Both the position numbers and the translations under genes were made by a program. A stretch of DNA of 58,404 nt, counting the filler, from Sphacelaria rigidula (Eukaryota): NCBI GenBank assembly GCA_964200075.2. It is 9 parts of 9 records of this genome, joined end to end, with 100 filler letters (N's around TTAATTAATTAA, not from the genome) between each part and the next. Parts side by side here need not be neighbours in the genome. Positions count along the whole stretch, not along the records: positions 45,505 to 51,904 come from CAXNAA020020305.1; positions 52,005 to 58,404 come from CAXNAA020020306.1; 7 more parts are not named here. The stretch is one strand, 5' to 3'. This document shows, in pieces, positions 49,151-58,404 of the stretch (positions within the stretch are counted from its first letter, which is position 1; each line of letters opens with the position of its first letter). Under the pieces are notes generated by a model, which saw only the letters and a list, made by a program, of their open reading frames with translations, was not told the DNA's origin and did not search any database.

Positions 49151-51422
49151 TATACACACTTCCTCTGTCCCATAGTTCTGGGTGGTTACGGGTTGCAGGC
49201 CGCATCTCCCGAACGAAGGCGCTTGCGATGCCATTGTATGGTTACGATCGGTGAAGAGATGAAATTATGGAGTTGCTCACAGAACAAGAAAACGTTCAAA
49301 AAATGAAATGTATTATTTACACCACTTCGGGTCGGAGTTGACCCAATTTTGGCCACTTCGAATCCGATTTCAGCCAACTTCGATCGATTCTTGCAATTTT
49401 CGTGCTGGACACAGGGGTGACGTGACAAAAGTGTTTCAGGGCGAGAGTTACTCCTACGTATTGGTAGCCCCTGCGCCAGAAAAGAGCTAAGACGAAGAGT
49501 TATTTTCCTCGCTGTTTTTGCCTTTTTTTTGCCCCCCGGAGAAGGGGCGGAGTACGGCCACTTTTGGGCCGACTGGTTCTTTAGCGGCCGTTCGGCCGCA
49601 TAGGCCAAGCATCTAATGTGAACAAAAAACATGGTTTAACATGAGGGAAAAAACGTCAAAGAACGGAACAAAAAAACAAAATCAAATCGGACACCGATTA
49701 AGGCCCCATGCAAACATGACTGCTCAGACTCATGGAACAGAGTGTATGGAAAAGAAACTAGTAAGGTTGCACGTGAGTGAAATTTCTCTGTACAGCACGA
49801 GGCCCTTCTTCAAAGTATGCATACATAAGTACTGTGACCTCACATGCGACAATCAAAATCGAGAATTAATAACCATGAAACAAAGCGCGCGTTTCCTGCA
49901 GACGCGCCGGGTAGGCTCTAGCGTAGGAGGCCGCACTGTATCTGAACAAATTATAGGGCACCACGAGAAGTATAGCACGCATCCTGACATAGTCGTATGG
50001 ACAGCCGCCTGCTGAATTGTAGACGTCGGACAGGACATCATATCTGCGGGGGTGGATACTACCCTTTTCATTCAGTACTTATCTATTTCCTTCACACTTT
50101 CAACCTGAATACGGAGAGTATCCCCCATGATAGCTCACACAGGAGTTACATGTGCACAAGACGGACCATTCATTCTGTTTCGGTAGTGACAGTATTTTTA
50201 TCAGACGAAGGCTAGCTGAACTGAAAGTTGTGTGTCACTGTACCTTTTCTTCATTATTTTGCTTTGTGAAGGAGAGAAGGGGGAAAAGCAACAGTTGAGG
50301 CAGAACATACAAAAAGGAGCGCGAGGATGAAAAGGCGGCGAGCATTCCCAACAAGAAAATAAGCGAATGCACAATCACTCCTTGGTCAATGGTCAAATGA
50401 CTAAGGCAAGCAACAAATGAGTACGCCACCTCCACCTGGCACCTCCACCTGGCGGGCCTCGTCTCGGGGAAACAGGCCATCTCTGTCCGTTACAGGCATT
50501 TCACGTTAATTACGGTGCAGTACCCACAGACTGGAAAAATAGTGTGGAAAGGTGTATATTTTTTGTGCTCGCTAACGGATGGCCTCGGGGTTCTGTGCGG
50601 TATTAACCATTGGAGCAGCACTTCCACAGCCCGTCAAATTCCATCGATCTTTTCATTGCTGTTTTGCAAGTGCTCGCTCTCACATGTTCGGAAGATGTAA
50701 ACGGGAATAAGGGGACGACATTTCCCTACTTCCATTTGACCACCTTGGCGGTGTCGATATTGTGACCACAACTGTACCTGTATCTCTTGAGGATTACTTA
50801 ATGGACGAGAACCATTCAAAATCAATCAACCTCGCTAGTGTCAGCACTCGAGCTCACAATATCATCCTGAGCCATTGTTAGCTGGTGCGCCAATTGAACC
50901 GCCGGAGAGCGAAGTCAGGTACCGTGAAAGCCCGCTGTTACAAGACACATTTTTTTGTCATTATGCCCTTGTCCGCCTACTCAAGTTTTACTCAGCAAGT
51001 GTTCCCACATACTCACCACGTCGGTGCCTGGTCTACCTTGTGGCTAGGGGCTACTCATAGCTTTGTGGCGGATAAGTACATGTGGTACAACCAGACGTCA
51101 ATCGATCGGTCAATGCTAGGGTTATGTATCTATGTACCAAGGCACCGACATTTTTCGTGGCGTTTGAAATCGATTTCGCCAGATTCGCCGTTACCGGCTG
51201 TGCATAATTGAATAGATAATGACCTAAGACGATCGGGCCTGCGTTCCTCGCCTGGTGCCTACAGCCGGCGCCACCGATATTTTAACGTGCCTACTAGCTT
51301 GCTATAGTATCAGCAAAACGCCAATCTGCCAATATATATGATGCCGTCGAATCCCATCCACACACGACCCGAATCAACACAAACATCGGCCGGCGGAAAC
51401 TCTGATCTGGCAGCAGAAGTAC

Positions 51423-51548
51423 CTGGTCGTTGTACAGCACCTCAGCCGCGGCGAAACCGGGATAGACCTCCACCCCTTCTTCCTCCGCTTGCTGGCCCAA
51501 CCACCGAACCAGCTGAGACAACGAAATCACATAATTCCCGTGGTTGCT
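51423..51548 (-). CDS. ETFDH: Electron transfer flavoprotein-ubiquinone oxidoreductase, internal exon
   Basis: [45 protein letters not shown]| acceptor and |GTACTT donor. Confidence 0.95.
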
Positions 51549-54145
51549 CTACGCACGTGGACAGCAGGCGCATGGAAAGGAGAAGCATGCAGGGTTGGCG
51601 TGGTTGAAGCGTGAAATTCAAAAATGAAAAACAAACAATCACCCTCCCTTGCTCCCTCTCTTCCGCTCTCTGCACCACAATGTAGCACTTGTTTGGGACA
51701 CTTGGATTATGCTTCTACTACAAATATAGCGATTGTACTACGACTGTGTCGACAAGAAATCATGATTGAGGGGCGTACGATGAAATATTTTCTTCTGGTT
51801 GCTTCGGTTGACAAGGGTCCCCCCGCCCCGTAAATGGTGAGACACCCATGAGGCAGTGTATAAGCTGTGGCTGTCTCGGGAAGTGGCGATACCAAAAAAT
51901 AAAGNNNNNNNNNNNNNNNNNNNNNNNNNNNNNNNNNNNNNNNNNNNNTTAATTAATTAANNNNNNNNNNNNNNNNNNNNNNNNNNNNNNNNNNNNNNNN
52001 NNNNGACAGCTTGCCTCAACCCTATTCTCAATCGTATCGAAGATTCTCAATCTCACGAAAATATTGTTTATACTCATCACGCAAAAACCTAGATTCCAAA
52101 GCATTTTCGATCCATGCCCTGGCCTCTGCTAAGCCCCCCAGACGGTGGCGGCATCGTCGCCCGGCCGCGTTCGCTTGTCTCTCTTTCCGTCTTGCGGTAT
52201 CGCGGCTCGGACTCCGTCGCTTGTGCACATCCGCCTGGGTTGAAAAGCAGTTGCCTCTCCACGAGATTGGAGTCGAGCACCGATGGGCAGGTCATGCGTT
52301 CGGAAGGAAAAATCGCAGGAATAAGTTTTCCGTTCAAGTTTTACAGTATTACCGCGGTCTACTTTCCAAGTCTTATCGGACTATACATATGTCTATCTAC
52401 GTGGAACATGGCATGTTCAAATCTTCACGAAAAATGCATCGGGAAATTCAAATTCGCTCCCAAATATACGCCCGTCCCTCGACAACAAATATTCAAAAAA
52501 AATAACTACCAAAAACATATAGCCACTTGTGGCAAAAATGATCCTCAGTAAAATGCTTTGCGTGGGTTACCCCAACAGTTTAAGTTTTCAAGTTTTACTA
52601 TGCCGTCAAAACATATCATCACATAAACACAATACTAAATTCCGTAGATGCATTAATTCTCGTTGCCTACAATTTTCGCCTACTTCAAACGAGAACGGGG
52701 TAAATAAAGGGGAAATCATGCACGCTTGCCAAACCGTACAGACAAGCTAGTCTAACTATACTGTGAATCAATAATTGACCAACGGGGGGTAGTAGGACAT
52801 ATATCGGCACCAGTCATTGCAAGTCAAGTACGTGAAACGAAAAATCAAGAATTAAAAATAAAAAAACAACTCGCGATTGTCCCGACACAGGCAGTACAGT
52901 ACTGTACCAGACTGTCCGTGATGCTGCGGAGCATAAGACAATACACTACAGTGTACATAGTGAACATTAGATCGCAAAACGCAGTCTGGGGGGAGCACGC
53001 ACTATACTCTGTGACGGAGTAGGCTGGAACCGAACATCGGAGGAGGCAGGGACTATTTTACATCCACACCGGGGGAAGTTTCCAGGTTATTGACTGGACT
53101 GTTGAACGGAGCAGACAGAACGCAGCTGATCAGCTACGATACTTGAAATCATCCACACCGTCTTCGTGTGGCATATCAAACACGAGAAGCATAATACATC
53201 GAAGGTTCCAACTGATAGACAAGCTGAACATGGAGGGGGAAACACGATGATGCAAGTAATTACAACCTTGCAAGACGTGGGTTCAGCCGGTTCGAATCAG
53301 CCGGTTTGAATTTTCGACACACAGAAGATACCAAGTGTACACAAGGAAGGACGACGTTGTTGCACAGCTGCAGCGTCCAATGACCACCACATTATGGTGC
53401 AGGAAACTCTTGCATGGCAAAGTACATATACAGGCACAACGTACATTTCTTGAGCGCATTGCTCTACAGACAGTTAAATTTGTTGTAACCAGGAGTCACT
53501 TCAATTACTACCCTATGAGGTCGCATTACAGTCTACTCAGTACAAAAATATAGCGTATCATCACGGAAGGTAACACCCCTGAAGAACATGTAACACATTC
53601 TTGCACCTACAACTCGAAAACAAGGGGAAAATAGCACGTCCACTACAGATAGAAGCCATCATTTTATAAGGCAGAACAGTAGATTACCAAACCCTACATT
53701 TCAGTCCAATGCGGTACACTGTAGACGTAAAAACCTGGATGGACAAGCGCATCTCATGACATTCTACTTGGTGACGTTTCCGGAATTTCATGACGGGATA
53801 TGACACCCCCTAACACAGCCAAAAGGGAAGTACATGCACCATTCCCGCAGGAAAGGAGGGAAAGCAGAAGCCTTGCACAGATCCAAATCAGGGTACAACA
53901 TCAGGGTACAACATACACGAATCAATCTGGCTTCAAACTTGTGCTCCGTCTCAGAACAGGGCAATCAGAGAGTCGTGCAAAATGAAAAACCAAAAACACG
54001 AACATCGGACCGTTTCTTCAACACTGTTGCTATCTCAAGCAAGGGAAAAAAACTCATTCACGCCACAAAAACAAACACACACATAGACACATCAAAAACA
54101 CTCCACAGCAATGGTGGGATCGTACAACAGGTGCCGACAGCCGGA

Positions 54146-54991
54146 TCAAAGGCCTGGATGTCCGGCATCTTCTAGCTTCGTCCGCTGCTGTACTCGACCA
54201 TTCCGGAGAGGCTTCCCCCGATCGAAAGGGTGGTCCAACCCCCGGGGTACTCTCGCGCTTTTCCGGTCTTGGTCACCAGCGGAGAGATTTTGCGGCGTTC
54301 CGGGTGTGACCTGGTCGAACCCGTTGCCCTCGCTGCTTTGGCTGCGGTCCGTGTCTTCGTCGCCTCCGCTGCGATCGTCGTTGTTGTCGTCGTTGTTGTC
54401 GTCGTCGTTGTCGTCTTCGTTATCGTCGGCGTTGCTGCCGTTGTCTTTACCGTCATCGTTGCGGTCGTTGTCTTTATCGTCGTCGTGGCTGTCGTTGTTC
54501 TTGCTGCTGCTGGCTTCGATATCTGCGGAAATTTCTGGGAAGCATTCCAACTGTTGATCTCGCGCAGTGATGGTTGAGAGGGGTACTAATGGTCGAAGGG
54601 TCGTAGCCGACATTGCCTCTTGCAAAACCTGTCTTATCGGTTCAAGGGTTGCCGCTGACGTTGCCGCTTTAAGACGCGGTTGCCTCGCCTGCTCCATAGA
54701 ACGTGCACATAAGACTACCCGGAATGTATTCCATAACTGCAGAGCCTCCTGTCGTTGAAAAGCCTCTTGAAATTGGTATGAAAACCAACGCCTGCTTTCT
54801 GCCGGCCACTCGCCGTATAGGTACTCGTACCATCCTGACTTCCATACCCCATGATACCAATCCTCCAAGGTTTTGCACTCTGGACACGATTCGATGATTG
54901 AACGTATGCGAGCATAATTGAATGCACGTAAATCCAGGCACTCCGGGAGGACCTCCACGATGACGCAGAGGGGTTCAATCGGGTAGAAGCC
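54146..54991 (-). CDS. Long open exon/ORF of unknown product: aromatic-rich N-terminal part with CxxC, then D/N-rich acidic tract
   Basis: 282 codons open after a CCTAG| acceptor-like site; protein-like composition (CPECK, WYHGVWKSGWYEYLYGEW). Confidence 0.5.
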   Translation of the reverse strand, partial: GFYPIEPLCVIVEVLPECLDLRAFNYARIRSIIESCPECKTLEDWYHGVWKSGWYEYLYGEWPAESRRWFSYQFQEAFQRQEALQLWNTFRVVLCARSMEQARQPRLKAATSAATLEPIRQVLQEAMSATTLRPLVPLSTITARDQQLECFPEISADIEASSSKNNDSHDDDKDNDRNDDGKDNGSNADDNEDDNDDDNNDDNNDDRSGGDEDTDRSQSSEGNGFDQVTPGTPQNLSAGDQDRKSARVPRGLDHPFDRGKPLRNGRVQQRTKLEDAGHPGL

Positions 54992-55449
54992 CTAGGCAGA
55001 ATCCTTGATGTATATTTATTCATTGATGCATATTATATATTGACGAACTGGAACAGACTGGAACGGACTTGGACGAACACAACAACTGAATACTGTGGGG
55101 AAACCCAACCGCGCAAATCGGCAAAACTCATCTCCCTTCCCAGCCATCAATCACATGAGCGCAACATAACCACACATCCTATAATTGCGTCAAACACCAT
55201 AATCTTACATGGACACACAAAGTACCATAATCGTGGTTGTTGCTACACACCACAAGCCACCGTGCCTATACCAGGAATTATCATGTGTCACATGAGAGAT
55301 ATTCTCATTTTTCGCCTAATTTAACCGTCGCAAACAGTACCCGCACTTGACCGTTCATACCCGATCCTCAACCGAGGTACAAACCTACTCCAGGCAAATC
55401 CAATCAACCATGTATATCATACTTGAGTGTGAGTATATTCGATTACTAT

Positions 55450-56050
55450 CAACAATAGGCCGAGTACGACCTCAAATACTCTATTTTGAGTACGCTGAGT
55501 ACGGTCTCAAATACTCTACCCAATTTTTGAGTAGGTCGAGTACGGCCTCAAATACTGTGCTCAAATATCGAGTAAGCACTCTCAGTGATACTTGAATATA
55601 GGGTATCACTTGAGTATGACCTCAATACTCTACTCAAGTTTTAAGTAGGTCGAGTACGGCCTCAAATACTCTGCTCAAACATCGAGTAAGCACTCTCAGT
55701 GATACTTGAGTATAGGGTATCACTTGAGTATGGCCTCAATACTCTACTCAAATTTTGAGTAGGTCGAGTACGGCATTAAATCCTCTACTCAAATCTTGAG
55801 TAGGTTATGGTCTCAAATACTCTACTCAAATATCTAGTAAGCACTCTTCGTGATACTCGAGTGTCGAGTATCACTTGAGTATGGCCTCAATACTCTACTC
55901 GAATTTTCCGTAGGTTGAGTGTGGTCTCGAATACTCAAATTTCGATTACGTTGAGTACGGCTTCTACTACTCTACTCAAAGTTTGAGTGCTAAAAGTATG
56001 ACTCTTCAAAAATACTGAGTATTGAGTAAACTCTACTCGACCTACCCTTG
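55450..56050. repeat. GAGTA/TACTC-rich higher-order tandem array (about 38-bp subunits, 114-bp unit) with degenerate terminal inverted repeats; MITE-like
   Basis: TAAGCACTCT recurs at 55573, 55687 and 55838; ends TAGGCCGAGTA and TACTCGACCTA. Confidence 0.85.
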
Positions 56051-56219
56051 AAACATACCCTCCTCGTATACATACCCGCCGGAGAGAGAGACATCACTCA
56101 CACAACTCCCGAGGTGCGGAGGTATGATGGTGTGATCTGTTTGCGGGTGTGCGGGCGACGAGACACACTGCTGTTGTACAACGAACGTGAGAGGAAAAAC
56201 TCCGCGATACGAACCGACG

Positions 56220-56870
56220 GCAGCAAACATCTTCTACTGCTGTGCTCGCCACCACAGACTCCAATTCCTCGAATACGGATCTTCAGCGGTAGCTAGTGGG
56301 ACCAACTTCTGCTGTAGAACCGCACAGGGGGTGCGTTATTGAGAGCCGCAGTCCGCAGCGGTACGGTACCTTCAGAACTGCGCAATCTGCGCACGGAAAG
56401 TCAGCAGCGAACAACATCTTCCACTGCTGTACTCGCCACGACCGACCCAAACCTTGTCATTGCTTTACTTACCACCCGACCTCTCCTGTACCTTGATGAG
56501 TGCTATGAGTAGAAGACAGCCTAAAGAAGGGTGTGATGCGTGTTGACATGCTTGGAAGTATTGCAGGGAACGAGTTATCGAGAGCCGCAGCAGTACGCAG
56601 CAGTACGCAGCAGTACCTCCTCCAGAACTCCGCAATCTGCAACCACAACAAATATCTTGCAGTGCTGTACTCGCCACCACAGGCCCTAACCTGCTCAAGT
56701 ACAGGTCTCTCGCAGTAGTCAGTAATACAAGCTACTGTACTGCTATGGTCCCGCAATTGAAGAGGTTGGGTCCTGTGGTGGCGAGCACAGCAGTGAGTGA
56801 TTCCTGTCGTCGGCCCAGATTTGGGGAGTTCTGACCCACTGCTGCGGCTGTCGATAATTCCGCCCCAGCA
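56220..56870. repeat. Three degenerate direct copies and one inverted copy of a repeat containing TGCTGT(A/G)CTCGCCAC
   Basis: Motif near 56238, 56425 and 56663, and reversed near 56777; the companion motif GAGAGCCGCAG..CAGAACT..CAATCTG also recurs. Confidence 0.75.
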
Positions 56871-57343
56871 GCAGATCTGCACATGCCAACACGCATCACA
56901 CCCTCCTCCATGATGTCCTGTATTGATATAGCCGGGTTTTGTACAGCGAATCTCAACCCAAACCTTAGTATTGACGCCCGAAAAATTGCTGTTATGTCTT
57001 TTGGTTTATGAAAAGGCGCAAAAATATCTTGATTCCGGACCATTTGCGCGGGTGGTATCCCACGTCATACACATGTAAAGAGTCGCCCCGTTCGTCGCTG
57101 TGTGAGCGAATCAACACCTCTCTTCTTGCGCAGTACTTCCCTACTGATCTGGTGGATTTGCTGTGTGATTGATGTGTGCTTTGTCGGGCATTTTCAAATT
57201 GCTCAACGCCGAATATCGGTCTTCCCCCCATCACGGTTCTTTGTATAGGTGGCAGTCCGAGTACGACTAGGGACAAGGTAGTGGTATACATATGCATAAG
57301 CTTTCCATACGTCGGACGAGCACGAGTGTGACTCGTGGCACTT

Positions 57344-57757
57344 GCACTCGTTCGGCTACTCGTTGGCCGGAAAAATGAAAACGGCGAGCACTCGAGTCAT
57401 TGCTCGTCGTGGAAAAAATGAATAGAGCAAGCACTCGAGTCATTGCTCATTGTGGAAACGAATGAACAGGGCGAGCACTCGTTCGGCTGCTCGTTGGCCG
57501 TAAAAATGAATAGGGCGAGCATTCCAGTCATTGCTCGTTGGGGAAACAAAAGAATAGGGCGAGCACTCGAGCCATTGCTCGTTGTGAAAACAAAAGAATA
57601 GGGCGAGCACTCGAGTCATTGCTCACTGTGGAAACGAATGAATAGGGCGAGCACTCGAGTCATTGCTCGTTATGGAAACAAATGAATAGGATGAGCGCTC
57701 GAGTCATTGCTCGTCGTGGAATTTTGTTTTTGGGCGAGCACTCGAGTCATTGCTCGT
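57344..57757. repeat. Minisatellite of about 10 units of 44 bp
   Basis: Consensus AATAGGGCGAGCACTCGAGTCATTGCTCGTTGTGGAAACAAATG. Confidence 0.95.
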
Positions 57758-57892
57758 GATGAACGACTTCAGTGGAGGAGTCAGCAATCCGACGAGCAAG
57801 AAGTTATACTGAGTTCTTTGACGATCTTGAACCAAGAATCTTCAAGTTCATATGCATATCTGCGCATGTACAAGTGTCAACCGCAACCACAG

Positions 57893-58028
57893 GTGTTCGA
57901 GTACTTGCTTGCGCAACTGGCGGAACTTGACGACTTGGATGTATCCATCGTCGCGGGAGCCAAAGACGAGAGCGATGTAGTTCCGTCAGGGGCGGACACC
58001 CCAGGGGCCAGGGCGGGGGTAAAAAAAG
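57893..58028 (+). CDS. Candidate internal exon of an unknown gene
   Basis: CACAG| acceptor, AAG|GTAAGA donor, VFEYLLAQLAELDDLDVSIVAGAKDESDVV. Confidence 0.4.
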
Positions 58029-58195
58029 GTAAGATATAGACACCTCGACAGATGTCCGTTGGTGGTTATTTTACTGAATGGTTTTGTGGTGGACGGAGCC
58101 ACGGTTGCCTCGTCCAGGTAGGTCTCTGCGCTCCCATTTTTCTTGCAGAACAATGATCGATTTGAAAAGGGGTGCGTATTCCGCTTGAGACCCAT

Positions 58196-58334
58196 TTCCC
58201 CACGATCGTGTGTTTGCGGTAGGTGTCCATTCGTGTTATTCTCCCGTAAAAATGATGCTGCAGAGGCCTCACTGATCATTAAACTTGAAAATAACACAAA
58301 TGAACACCTGCCGCAAACACACGATGGTGGGGAA
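58196..58334. repeat. Inverted repeat with about 48-bp arms
   Basis: TTCCCCACGATCGTGTGTTTGCGGTAGGTGT.. pairs with ..ACACCTGCCGCAAACACACGATGGTGGGGAA. Confidence 0.85.
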
Positions 58335-58404
58335 GAGTGCCACAAACATACCATCCAAAGGGGTTAGTACGATTTGAACGGGTCACAATATTACCAAATC
58401 CTAC

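Noticed and set aside
57344..57757. CRISPR array
   Set aside because: The sequence between the hairpins is near-identical rather than unique spacers, there are no cas genes, and the context is eukaryotic

Overview
Eukaryotic DNA, most likely from a brown alga (Phaeophyceae). The evidence is EsV-1-7 repeat genes, short exons with long introns, and a heterokont-type bipartite plastid leader. The window is not one locus. It holds nine contigs of 6,401 or 6,400 bp (1-6401, 6502-12902, 13003-19403, 19504-25904, 26005-32404, 32505-38904, 39005-45404, 45505-51904, 52005-58404) joined by identical 100-bp N44-TTAATTAATTAA-N44 linkers. This looks like a length-sorted concatenation, so nothing should be linked across a gap. 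Well-supported content: a decayed Ty3/Gypsy LTR retrotransposon (contig 3), a 13+ unit EsV-1-7 Cys/His repeat gene (contig 4), five internal exons of ETF-ubiquinone oxidoreductase (contig 8), and a tRNA-derived SINE family with target-site duplications. There are also several MITE/foldback elements, minisatellites and microsatellites. Most interesting candidates: position-specific hypervariability in the EsV-1-7 array (a possible modular recognition code), a small TTAGGG-carrying mobile element, a micro-exon plastid-targeted gene the ORF track misses, and a decayed virus-like gene-dense contig 1. All alignments were done by eye and no database searches were run.
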